Below, in pieces: positions 24,313-35,900 of a DNA stretch of 64,000 nucleotides. Each line of letters starts with the position of its first letter. The first letter of the stretch is position 1. The DNA is from Thermoanaerobaculia bacterium (GTDB lineage: Bacteria > Acidobacteriota > Thermoanaerobaculia > Multivoradales > Multivoraceae): contig OY762911.1 of NCBI GenBank assembly GCA_963666565.1, positions 576,001 through 640,000 on the forward strand, given 5' to 3'. The translations under genes were made by a program, and so were the position numbers. The notes under the pieces were generated by a model. The model worked only from the letters and a program-made list of their open reading frames with translations. It had not been told where the DNA came from and made no database searches.

Positions 24313-24457
24313 GGCAGCCGAGGCTATGCCATCGCCGCCTTGTTGACAACCGGCGGCGCGCCGAATCCGCGCCGCCGCGCGCGGACCGCGGCGCGGCGTG
24401 CCGGAGGCCCCCGTCAGCGGGCCCGGCGCCGGCCGGGCAGCCGTTAGTCTCGCCGCC

Positions 24458-26935
24458 ATGCCGCCGCGCTTCGACGACGATGCGAACACGCTGCGGCTGT
24501 CCGTGGCGGACCTGCTCGAACACGGCGCCGCGAGGCACCTCGGGTTCGCAAACCGGGGCGGCTTCGAACGGCTCTGGGTGGGTCAGGCGATCCACAGCCG
24601 CTACCAGGAGCGGGCGATGGAGCGCGAGCCGAGCTACCGCCGCGAGGTCGAGCTGTCGCTGGCGTTCGAGCACCGGGGCTGGACGGTGACCCTCGCCGGC
24701 CGGGCCGACGGCCTCTACCGGGACGCCGGCGGCCGGCTGGCGATCGAGGAGATCAAGTCCGTGCGGCCGAACGCGGAGCCTTCGCCGGGTCTGCTGGCGG
24801 TCTACCGCCGGCAGGCCGCGCTCTACGCCTGGATAGTCCACCGATCCGGCGCCGCCGGCTCGGTGCCGGTGCGCGCCGAACTCGTGCTGATCGAGATCGG
24901 CAGCGCGGAGATCGAGCGGCTCGACGTGGAACTCGACTTCGAGGAGCTCGAGGCCGGCGTCCGCCTCCGGCTCAACGCGATCGTCCGCGAGTACGAGTCG
25001 GCGAGAGCGGAGCGCCAGCGCCGGGAGCTGGCCGCCGAACGGCTCGAGTTCCCATTCCACCGGCCGCGGCCCGGCCAGCAGGAGATCGTGGACCGCGCGG
25101 GCCTCGCGGTCGAGCAGCGCGAGCACCTGCTGGTCCAAGCGCCGACCGGCCTGGGCAAGACCGCCGCCGTTCTGTTCCCGGTGCTGCGCGAGGCGCTCGC
25201 CAACGACCTTCGCGTGTTCGTGCTCACCGCCAAGAACACGCAGCAGGCGATGGCCAACCGCGTTCTCGATCTGCTGAACCGGGAGCGTTCCTTCCACGCC
25301 CTGCACCTCCGCGCCAAGGCGCGCATGTGCGCCAACGACGAGATCATCTGCCACGAGGACTACTGCCAGTACGCCCGCGACTACTACGCCAAGCTGCAGC
25401 GGAGCCGGGTGATTCCCCGGCTGCTCGACGAGCACAGCCTGCTCGAACCGGACACGATCTTCGATGTCGCGAAGGGAGTCCGTGCGTGCCCGTTCGAGAT
25501 CAGCCTCGAACTCGGCCGGCGCGTGCAGGTCGTGGTCGGCGACTACAACTACGCGCTCGACCCCTTCGTCAAGCTGACCGAGTTCCAGGGCGACGCCGAC
25601 CTCTCCGGCACCGTCCTCGTCGTCGACGAGATCCACAACCTGGTCGACCGTGGGCGCGGCTACTACAGCCCGGAACTCTCGGCCGCGAGCTGCCGGGCGG
25701 CGCGGACCGGCCTGCGCCGGGCCGGCCGCGGCACGGAGGGCGGACCGACGGAGCGCCTGCGGGAGCTCTGCGCCGCCCTCGAGAAGCTGATCCGCGACGA
25801 GGTCGACGCGCAGCTCGACCGGCCCGACCGCGACGCGGTGGCCGAGGGCGCGCCGCCCGAGGAGCAGCTCTGGCGCCTGCGGCCCGCCTTCGACCGGGGC
25901 TTCGTCGACTACCTGGAGTTCCGCCGCGACACCCGTTCCTTTGCCGCCAACGACGCCTTCGTCGAGCTCTACTTCGAGCTGCTGCGGTTCCTGAACACGC
26001 TCCAGCTCGCCTCGCAGCCGAAGCACGCCGAGTCCTTCGGCTTCCTGTTCCGGCGAATCGACGGCAAGCCCAGCCTGGCGATCCTGTGCAAGGACGCGAG
26101 TGCGTTCCTGGGCGCCACGATCAACCGCTGCCGCTCGGCGATCGGCCTGTCCGCGACCCTGCAGCCGTTCGAGTTCTACCGGGACCTGCTCGGCTTCGAC
26201 CCGGCCCGCACCTCGACCCTCGAGGTGCCGAGCGCCTTCCCGGCCGCGAACCGCCGGATCGTCGTCGACACGTCGGTCACCACCACGTACAGGACCCGCG
26301 ACCGGAACTACGGCCCGATCGCCGAGCGGCTGGCCGAGTTCGCCCGCTCCGTTCCCGGCAACTCGATGGCGATCTTCCCCAGCTACAAGTTCCTCGCCGA
26401 GGTCAGGGAGCGGCTCCCCGACTGCGGGCGCGCCGTCCTGGTCCAGCAGCAGACGACCAGCGAGGCGAAACGGCAGGAGGTGCTCGACGCCCTGACCAAC
26501 CCGCTCTACGGCGACGCATTGCTCCTGGCCGTGGCGGGCGGCGTCTTCTCCGAGGGCGTCGACTACCCGGGAGACGCGCTGCTCGCCGTGGCCGTCGTCG
26601 GCCCCTGCCTGCCCGCGGTAACGATCGAGCAGAAGCTGCTTCAGGCGTACTACGACGAGCGCTTCGAACGCGGCTTCGAGTACGCCTTCGTGGTTCCCGG
26701 CATGACCCGCGTGGTCCAGGCCGCCGGCCGGCTGATCCGTTCCGCCGACGACCGCGGCGTGATCGCCCTGTTCGACCGCCGGTTCCTGCAGCGGCCCTAC
26801 CGGCGGCACCTGCCCGCCGAGTGGTGGCCGGAGTCCGCCGGCGAGGGGGAGGCCGATCTCGCCGGCCATCCGGCCAGCGTCGCCGCCGCCTTCTTCGACG
26901 AAGCGGCGCCGGCCGCGGTGGAAGGCGTTTCGTGA
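24458..26935 (+). CDS. DinG/XPD-family Fe-S helicase with N-terminal PD-(D/E)XK (Cas4/RecB-like) nuclease domain
   Basis: GRADG...IEEIKS...QAALY; APTGLGKT; Cys cluster CANDEIICHEDYC...CPF; DEIHN; SATL; FPSY; QAAGRLIR. Confidence 0.9.
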   Translation: MPPRFDDDANTLRLSVADLLEHGAARHLGFANRGGFERLWVGQAIHSRYQERAMEREPSYRREVELSLAFEHRGWTVTLAGRADGLYRDAGGRLAIEEIKSVRPNAEPSPGLLAVYRRQAALYAWIVHRSGAAGSVPVRAELVLIEIGSAEIERLDVELDFEELEAGVRLRLNAIVREYESARAERQRRELAAERLEFPFHRPRPGQQEIVDRAGLAVEQREHLLVQAPTGLGKTAAVLFPVLREALANDLRVFVLTAKNTQQAMANRVLDLLNRERSFHALHLRAKARMCANDEIICHEDYCQYARDYYAKLQRSRVIPRLLDEHSLLEPDTIFDVAKGVRACPFEISLELGRRVQVVVGDYNYALDPFVKLTEFQGDADLSGTVLVVDEIHNLVDRGRGYYSPELSAASCRAARTGLRRAGRGTEGGPTERLRELCAALEKLIRDEVDAQLDRPDRDAVAEGAPPEEQLWRLRPAFDRGFVDYLEFRRDTRSFAANDAFVELYFELLRFLNTLQLASQPKHAESFGFLFRRIDGKPSLAILCKDASAFLGATINRCRSAIGLSATLQPFEFYRDLLGFDPARTSTLEVPSAFPAANRRIVVDTSVTTTYRTRDRNYGPIAERLAEFARSVPGNSMAIFPSYKFLAEVRERLPDCGRAVLVQQQTTSEAKRQEVLDALTNPLYGDALLLAVAGGVFSEGVDYPGDALLAVAVVGPCLPAVTIEQKLLQAYYDERFERGFEYAFVVPGMTRVVQAAGRLIRSADDRGVIALFDRRFLQRPYRRHLPAEWWPESAGEGEADLAGHPASVAAAFFDEAAPAAVEGVS

Positions 26936-27975
26936 CGGCGCTGGTCCAACGGATCGAACGCTTCATCGTCGCGGGTGAAGGCGACTTCGGCGAACTCGCC
27001 GCCTCGGCGGCCCGGTTCGGCTACGAGCGGGTCGAGCCCTATCGCCGGCTGTGCGACCGGCGCGGAATCGCCCCCGGCGCGCTCGACGACTGGCGCCTCG
27101 CCCCGGCCGTGCCCACCTCCGCCTTCAAGTCGTTGCGGCTCGCCGCCGGCGAACCGCGCGAGGTGTTCAGGAGCAGCGGCACCACCCGCGGCGCGGAGCG
27201 GCGAAGCGTCCATTACCACCCCTACCCCGACCTCTACCGGACCGTGATCGACGCCTCCTTCGCCGGCGCCTGCCTGCCCCCGGCTGCGGGGCGCCTGCCG
27301 ATCCTCTCGCTCATCCCCGACCGCGCGGCCGCTCCCGACTCGAGCCTGTCGTTCATGGCGGCCCACGTCTTCGAGCGCCACGCCGCGCCGGGCAGCGCCT
27401 GGGCGGCAAGGAAGGACGGCATCGACCTCGACCTCGCCTGCCGCTGGCTTCGCGCGCACGCCGACGGTGAGCCCGTCCTCGTTCTCGCGACCGCCCTGGC
27501 TCTCGTCCTGCTTCTCGACCGGCTCGAAGACGAAGCGGGAGGCGCCGTCCGGCTGCCGCCCGGCAGCCGCGTCTTCGAGACCGGCGGCTTCAAGGGCCGG
27601 CGCCTGGAGACGACCCCCGAGGCGGTCCGGCGACGCGCGGGCGCCCTTCTCGGCCTCGACCCGGACACCGTGGTGCGCGAGTACGGCATGACCGAACTGA
27701 CCAGCCAGGCCTACTCCCGCGCCGGCGGCGAGCGCCTGCGCACGCCGCCCTGGATGCCGTTTCGCGTCCTGGACCCGGAATCCCTCGATGAGGTCGAGGA
27801 CGGCGAACCCGGCCTGCTCGCGTTCTTCGACCTCGCCAACCTCGGCTCCGTCTGCCACGTCCTCACCGAGGATCTCGGCGTCCGCGAAGACGGCGCCTTC
27901 CGCCTGCTCGGCCGCGCCAGCGGCGCCGAACTGCGCGGCTGCTCGCTGACCGCCGAAGAACTGGGCGCCGCGTGA
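26932..27975 (+). CDS. LuxE-like acyl-protein synthetase
   Basis: PTSAFK, FRSSGTT, ETGGFKGR, EYGMTELTSQAY, DLANLGS...TEDLG, GRASGAELRGCSL. Confidence 0.9.
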   Translation: MTALVQRIERFIVAGEGDFGELAASAARFGYERVEPYRRLCDRRGIAPGALDDWRLAPAVPTSAFKSLRLAAGEPREVFRSSGTTRGAERRSVHYHPYPDLYRTVIDASFAGACLPPAAGRLPILSLIPDRAAAPDSSLSFMAAHVFERHAAPGSAWAARKDGIDLDLACRWLRAHADGEPVLVLATALALVLLLDRLEDEAGGAVRLPPGSRVFETGGFKGRRLETTPEAVRRRAGALLGLDPDTVVREYGMTELTSQAYSRAGGERLRTPPWMPFRVLDPESLDEVEDGEPGLLAFFDLANLGSVCHVLTEDLGVREDGAFRLLGRASGAELRGCSLTAEELGAA

Positions 27976-28003
27976 CCTGTCTCTCGCTCCCGGTCGCCGC
28001 CCA

Positions 28004-28029
28004 CCGGGTGCGCGGGCCCTCTGGCCCGC
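28004..28029. repeat. REP-like copy with compensatory stem change
   Basis: ccgggtgcgcgggccctctggcccgc versus consensus gggtgcgcgggtcttccgacccgc. Confidence 0.7.
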
Positions 28030-28054
28030 ATCCGGCGCGAAGCGCCGGCTCCGC

Positions 28055-29368
28055 ATGAGTTCGCCGATCGTCGTCGCGCAACGTCTGGCCGCGGCCGCGC
28101 CGTCTCTCCGCGCCATCCCGACCGAGCGACTCCTTGCCGCCTGGAACGACACCCTGGCAGCCTCCCTCGACCCGGCGAGCCCCGAACGCCGCAACCTCGA
28201 CCCCGACCTGCTGCGGTCCACCCGCCTCTCGCAGGACGGCCTCGACCACGGTCTCCGAACCATCGGCGCCGGCATGATCGGCGAGGCTGCGGCAGCCGAA
28301 CTCCGCCGCGCGATCCGCCAGCAGGAAGACGGCTTCAGCCTGGTCGTGTTGCCGGCCGAGCCACCGGGGCTGATGCTGCAGTCCCTCCTGCCCGCCCTGG
28401 CCGCGCGATCCCCCGTCCTGTTCAAGTCGTCCCGCGCCGAGCCGCACTTCGCGCCGGCCTTCCTGGGCGCCCTGGCCCGACGGCTGCCGGCCCTCCGCGA
28501 GGCGTACGCGGCCGCCGTCTGGACCGGCGGCGACGAAACGATCGAACCCGCGCTGCACGCCGTCGCCCGCGTCGCGGTCGCCTACGGCGGGGAAGAGGCG
28601 ATCGAGGCCCTCCAGGCAGCAGCAGGCGCTGAAGCCGACCGGTGCCGCGTGGCATTTGTCCGACCTCCGCGACGTGCTGAACGGGCTGGTGCAGCAGGCC
28701 CTGAAGCCGACCGGCGCCGCGTGGCGGCGCGGCGCCCGCGACAGGCGGATCGAGTCGGCGTCGAGCCGGCGGCAGCCCACCGACTCATCGCCTTCGGCCC
28801 CAGGCTCAGCCTCGGCTGGGTCGGCCCTGGCGCCGACCTGAGGCGTACCGCCCGCGGCATGGCGCTGGACGTCGCGACCTTCGATCAGCGGGGCTGCCTC
28901 TCGGTTCACGCCGTCCTCGTCGATCCCGCCGTCGCCGCCGCCTTCGCCGGCGCCCTGGCCAGGGCCCTGCGCGAGCTCGCGGAGGAACTGCCTCCCGGCC
29001 CCGCGGCCGCAGCGGACCGCGCCGGCGTTCGCCTCGTGCGCGAAGACGCCGACCTCCGGGGTCTCGCCCGGTCGGGCGGCCGCCTCGACGCCGGCACCGT
29101 CGTCGTCGAGCACGACGCCCGAATCGGCCCCTCGCCCGGCCTCCGCACCGTCCGAGTCCATCCAGTCGCTGGCGTTCCGCCGCTCGACGATTGGAACGGC
29201 CGGCTTCAGGGGATCGCCGTGGCCGGCCACCTGCCCGCGACCGTCCGCCGCGCCTTCGAACGGGCCGGCGTCTCCCGCTTCGCCCCCGCCGGCCGACTCC
29301 AGGCCACCGGCGCCGCCTGGCGCAACGGCGGCATCGATCTCGCCGCCGAGTTCGCCCGCGACTGCTGA
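28055..29368 (+). CDS. LuxC-like acyl-CoA reductase (ALDH fold)
   Basis: VLFKSS, AYGGEEA, FGPRLS, DQRGCLSVH with catalytic Cys, GRLQ; follows luxE. Confidence 0.82.
   Translation: MSSPIVVAQRLAAAAPSLRAIPTERLLAAWNDTLAASLDPASPERRNLDPDLLRSTRLSQDGLDHGLRTIGAGMIGEAAAAELRRAIRQQEDGFSLVVLPAEPPGLMLQSLLPALAARSPVLFKSSRAEPHFAPAFLGALARRLPALREAYAAAVWTGGDETIEPALHAVARVAVAYGGEEAIEALQAAAGAEADRCRVAFVRPPRRAERAGAAGPEADRRRVAARRPRQADRVGVEPAAAHRLIAFGPRLSLGWVGPGADLRRTARGMALDVATFDQRGCLSVHAVLVDPAVAAAFAGALARALRELAEELPPGPAAAADRAGVRLVREDADLRGLARSGGRLDAGTVVVEHDARIGPSPGLRTVRVHPVAGVPPLDDWNGRLQGIAVAGHLPATVRRAFERAGVSRFAPAGRLQATGAAWRNGGIDLAAEFARDC
28619..28775 (+). repeat. Tandem duplication (period 72 bp) within luxC-like CDS
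   Basis: gcagcaggcgctgaagccgaccggtgccgcgtggc at 28619 and gcagcaggccctgaagccgaccggcgccgcgtggc at 28691. Confidence 0.85.
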
Positions 29369-29492
29369 GAACGCCCCGACCGGCCGATCGGAAACCCCTG
29401 GCGCAGGGTTCCGACGCCGGTTCGCGTCTTTGTCATGCAGGAGCCCGGAACCAACCGGGCGCAGCGAAACTACAGGACTGGAGTGAGAGACG

Positions 29493-29957
29493 ATGCAGAC
29501 AACCGCGGTAGTAGAATCGGACGCGGCAATGACCCGGCGAACCCTCAAGAGCGTCGGCTTCGACGACGATCAGGCGCAGGCGCTGCTCGACCTGAGCGGC
29601 ACGGCCGCCGAACGACGGGAACTCAACGCCGACATGGCCCAGGCGAAGACCGACATCGCCGAACTCAAGACCGATGTCGCCGAACTCAAGACCGACATGG
29701 TCCAGGTCAAGGCCGACCTCGCCACCTTCCGCGCCGAGACGCGGGGCGAGTTCGCGAGACTGGATGCCCGGATCGACGGACTGAGAGACGAGATGAACGC
29801 CCGGTTCAAGGGGCTGGAAGGTCGGATCGACGCGCGGTTCGAGGGGCTGGAAGGCCGCTTGAGTCTGATGCTGTGGTTCATGGGGATCGGCCTGACCCTG
29901 TACACAGGCACGACGATCTCCCTGATGGTCCTCCTGTTCCGCGGCGTCCTGTCCTGA
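29493..29957 (+). CDS. CCDC90/DUF1640-like coiled-coil protein with C-terminal membrane anchor
   Basis: LKSVGFDDDQAQAL head, KTDIAEL/KTDVAEL/KTDMVQV heptads (21-bp repeats 29646-29708), LMLWFMGI TM segment. Confidence 0.75.
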   Translation: MQTTAVVESDAAMTRRTLKSVGFDDDQAQALLDLSGTAAERRELNADMAQAKTDIAELKTDVAELKTDMVQVKADLATFRAETRGEFARLDARIDGLRDEMNARFKGLEGRIDARFEGLEGRLSLMLWFMGIGLTLYTGTTISLMVLLFRGVLS

Positions 29958-29975
29958 CTGCCTCCGCCGGCGCGG

Positions 29976-30941
29976 CTACGGCGCCGGCGGCAGGCCCGAC
30001 ACCGTCTCGACGACCACGCCGGCGTCGACCCGGAACGAGCGCGGAAGCGTCCGGTAGAGCGGCGCCAGGAACGTCGGCGGCGCCTCGCGGATCTCGAAGG
30101 CGGGGCCATAGGACCAGAAGAAGGTCCGGTTCTCGTCCGGCGTCGCGGAACTAAGCACCCACATGCGGCCGCCGGCGAAGACATGCTGGTTCAGGCCGTC
30201 GACGGCCTTGCCGAGGTCTTCGTCCAGGTCGGCGACGACCAGCCAGTGTTCGCCTTCTTCCAACTCCGGCACGATCGTGCTCAGGCAGAGCCGGCTGTCG
30301 CCGTCGCCGCTGCAGATCTCGTCGATGGCAAGGTCCGGCTTCAGCCGCGTCGCCAGGTTGTCGAGCGGCAGGTCGGGCGCGGCGCGGGCGAATGCGAGCA
30401 GGCCCACGGTGAGCGCGCCGACGACGGCGAGCCGGATCCAGGGCATGCCGTCGGCCGCGCGGCGGCCCAGGAACGCCAGGGCGAGCGCCGGGACCATGAG
30501 CGCCAGGTCCTGCCAGAAGGCCTCGGCCGGCGTTCGCTCCACCAGGTTGCCGAAGCAGCCGCAGCCGGCCTCGTCCTCGGTCGCGATGCCGCGCACGTCG
30601 CGGTAGTAGGCGCGGCCGGTCAGGAACAGGAAGAAGGCGACGAGGAGCGCCGACGGGCCGAGCACCCACGTCCGGCGCAGCCCCAGGATCAGCGCGCTGC
30701 CGAGGCCCATCTCGAGCGCCAGCGCGATCGCGGTCACCGCGACGGCCGGCAGCAGGAAGTCCAGGCCCTCGATCTCGATCTGCCTGACGAACGCCTGCGG
30801 GTCGAGCGCCTTGACGACTCCCCCGAACACGAGAACCGCGCCCAGGAAGGCGCCGCCGGCCCAGCCTACGATCGGCAGCAGCCGGTCGAGCGGCCCGGCC
30901 GGCACGGCGGCGCGGGTCTTGCGCCGCACGCTACTCGCCAC
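29976..30941 (-). CDS. MauE/DoxX-family membrane protein
   Basis: FGGVVKALDP, ALEMGLG, GCGCFG; start uncertain. Confidence 0.78.
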   Translation of the reverse strand: MASSVRRKTRAAVPAGPLDRLLPIVGWAGGAFLGAVLVFGGVVKALDPQAFVRQIEIEGLDFLLPAVAVTAIALALEMGLGSALILGLRRTWVLGPSALLVAFFLFLTGRAYYRDVRGIATEDEAGCGCFGNLVERTPAEAFWQDLALMVPALALAFLGRRAADGMPWIRLAVVGALTVGLLAFARAAPDLPLDNLATRLKPDLAIDEICSGDGDSRLCLSTIVPELEEGEHWLVVADLDEDLGKAVDGLNQHVFAGGRMWVLSSATPDENRTFFWSYGPAFEIREAPPTFLAPLYRTLPRSFRVDAGVVVETVSGLPPAP

Positions 30942-31046
30942 GGTCGGCTCTCGTCGGTCTGATGTCCATGCGTTGCTATCCTGACCTCGGCTCGACGACC
31001 GGCGAACCCGGCCGCGGGACGCGCCGGCGTCGCCGCCGGCTGTGGT

Positions 31047-31064
31047 GCGGGTCTTCCGACCCGC
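31047..31064. repeat. REP-like hairpin
   Basis: gcgggtcttccgacccgc. Confidence 0.8.
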
Positions 31065-31175
31065 GAAACGGGCGTCGCGAAGCGGCGAGCCCGGAGTCTC
31101 CAACCGCGCAGCCTACTCGCGCCCCCGAACCCGTCGCAAGCTCCACGCCCGGCCCGACCCTGCCCACCGGTCTCG

Positions 31176-32918
<1,743 letters not shown>

Positions 32919-32930
32919 CTCGCCGGCCCG

Positions 32931-35900
32931 TCAGACGCCGAAGTACTTCGCGTCGGGGTGGTGGAACACCAGCGCCGAGACGGTGGCCTCCGGGTCCATC
33001 ATGTCGCCCTCGGTGAGTTCCACGCCGATGTCGGCTGGCGCCAGCGCCGCGAAGAGCTGGCGCTGGTCGGCCAGGTCCGGGCAGGCGGGATAGCCGAAGG
33101 AGTAGCGCTTGCCGCGGTACTTCGCGGCCAGGCGTTCGCGGGTCGTCATCCCCGGCGGATCGGGGAATCCGAGTGCGGCGCGCAGCCGCTGGTGCAGCAG
33201 TTCGGCGGCGGCTTCGGCGGTCTCGAGCGCCAGCGCGGCGTAGGCGTGGCTCTTCAGGTACTCGCCCTCGCGCCTGAACCGCTCCGCCGTCTCGCGCACG
33301 CCGGCGCCGGCGGTGACGACGAAGAGCGCGACGTGGTCGCCCGCAGGCAGCACGTAGTCGGCCAGGCAGAGCCCGTCCTCGCGGGGCTGCCGGGGCAGGC
33401 GCCACTCGGCGGCGACGGCGAAGCGCCCGTCCGGACCGCTCCGTGCGGCACCACCGTCGAAACCGCCCTCGCTCGCCCCGAGACTCGCGCCCGACCGGCC
33501 ATCCGCCCCGGCGCCTCCGGGCTCGCGGCCTTCCCCGGCCTCGAACAACGCCAGCCGGTTGCCGTCGCCCCTGGCCGGGAAGAACCGCCACGCGCCCCGC
33601 ACCTCCATCGCGCCGCGCGCGTACTCCTTGAGTTCTTCGACCGCCGCCTCGACCTTGAGCAGCTTCGGGTCGCCGGCCGCGCGCAGCCGCTCCACGGAGC
33701 CCTTGAGGCCGAGGTGCTTGGCGTACAGCATCTGCAGGTTCAGGTGCGGCCACACGTCGTCCAGTCGCAAGCGCGCAACGTGCCGTTCCAGGTCGGGCGG
33801 ACGGGGCGGCGCGATCTCGGTGCGCACCGTCGAACTCCGCCGCTCCGTCGCCGCCGAGGCCTTCGCCCGCGCGCCGGTCCGCGCCGGCGCCCGGTCGCGC
33901 TCGCGCAGCGCCTCGATCCGCTCGAGCGCCCCGGCGCGGCGCTCCCCGTCGCACAGCCGTTCGATCAGGTCCAGCCCGCTCATCGCGTCGCTCGCGTAGG
34001 TGCAGACGCCGCCGTACTCCGGGGCGATCCGGTTGTGGGTGAAGCGCCGCGTCAGCGCCGCGCCGCCCACCACCAGGTCCGTGTCGATGCCGGCATCCCG
34101 CAGGTCGCCGGCGGTGGCGACCATCTGCTGGGCGCTCTTGACCAGCAGCCCCGAGAGGCCGATCACGTCCGGCTCGTGCCGGCGCGCCGCCTCGACGATG
34201 CGCTCGCTCGGCGCTTTGATGCCGAGGTTCACGACCTCGAAGCCGTTGTTGGTGAGGATGATGTCGACCAGGTTCTTGCCGATGTCGTGGACGTCCCCCT
34301 TGACGGTGGCGAGGATCACCCGGCCGCGGGTCATGCCCTCCAGCCGCTCCATGTGCGGCTCCAGATGATCGACCGCCGCCTTCATCACCTCGGCGCTCTG
34401 CAGGACCTCGGCCACGATCAGCTCGTTGTCGTTGAACAGGCGCCCCACTTCGGCCATGCCGGCCATCAGCGGACCGTTGACGATGTCCAGGGGATCGGGC
34501 CAGCGCGGGTCGGCGAGCGCCGCGTCCAGGTCGGCGCGGAGCCCTTCCTTGCTGCCCTCGACCACCGAGCGCGAGAGGCGTTCCGGCAGCGGCAGCAGGT
34601 CCCGCGGCGCCTGCTCCTGCCAGCCCTTGCGCTCGCGAAACGCGGCGGTGAACGCCTCGACCGCGAGCCGTCCCGCCTCCGCGTCGCCGGCGTCGAGTTC
34701 GAGCAGCGTCTCGGCCAGCGCCCGCTCCGCCGGCGGGATCTCGGCGTAGCGCGCCAGCCCCTGGGTGTTGACGATCGCCGCGTCCAGCCCCGCCTGGGTA
34801 CAGCGGTAGAGGAAGACCGAGTTCAGGATCTCCCGGCCGGCGAGCGGCAGGCCGAAGCTGACGTTCGAGATGCCGAGGATCGTCCGGGTGCCCGGGAACG
34901 CCTCGCGCACGCGGCGCACGCCCTCGATCGTCGCCTTCGCCGAGCCGAGATACGCCTCGTCGCCCGTGCCGCACGGGAAGACCAGCGGATCCCACCAGAT
35001 CTCCTGGGGCTCCAGGCCCCACCGGCCGGTCAGGAGCTCGTAGCTCCGCTCGGCGACCTCGAGCTTGCGGTCCACCGACACCGCCATGCCGCTCTCGTCG
35101 ATCAGGCCGACGATCAGCGAGCAGCCGAACTCCCTGGCCAGCGGCACGACCCGCTCGAAGCGGTCCAGCCCGTCCTCCAGGTTGATCGAGTTCAGGATCG
35201 ACCGCCCCTGGCACCAGGTCAGCGCCCGCGCCATCACCTCGTGGTCCGTGCTGTCGATCATGAGCGGCGCCTTGACCCGACGCACCAGCCGCTCCAGGAA
35301 GCGCTCCATGTCCTCGATCTCGTCGCGTTCGGGGTCCTGAAGACAGACGTCGACGACCTGGGCGCCGCTCCGGACCTGCGCCCGCCCGACCTCGGCCGCC
35401 GCCTCGTACTCGCCTTCCCGGATCAGCCGCTTGAACTTGCGGCTGCCGAGGACGTTCGTCCGTTCGCCGACGAGGAGCGGCCGGGTGTCCTCGGTCAGTT
35501 CCACCGCGTCGAGCCCCGAGACCAGGCACCGGGCGTGCTCGGCGGGCCGCCGGGGCGGGCGCCCCCGCACCAGGCCGGCGAAGGCCTCGACGTGAGCCTC
35601 GGTCGTGCCGCAGCAGCCGCCCACCAGGTTCAACCAGCCGTGGTCCAGGAAGCGGGAGAAGACGGCCCGGAAGTCCTCCGGCGTCTGCGTGTAGAGGCCG
35701 TCCTCGTCGGGCAGGCCGGCGTTGGGAACGCAGGCCACCCGCGTGCGGCAGATCTCCGAGAGCGCGCGCAGGTGATCGAACATCTGGTCCGGGCCGGTGG
35801 CGCAGTTGAGGCCCACGTAGAGCAGGTCGCGGCGGTCGCGGTGCAGCAGCGACGCCGCCAGCGCCTCGATCTCCTGGCCGCCGAGCATCGTGCCCATCGT

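Noticed and set aside
22346-26869. 1507-aa ORF as a giant HflC fusion (likewise the long extensions on meaB, carA, glpX, luxE, tlyA and GT2)
   Set aside because: The upstream parts are antisense or off-frame shadows of real genes; true starts overlap the preceding stop codons
24458-26935. Type IV CRISPR CasDinG or Cas4
   Set aside because: No csf/cas genes or array nearby; nuclease-DinG fusions are common stand-alone repair genes
26932-29368. Bioluminescence operon
   Set aside because: No luxA, luxB or luxD in the window
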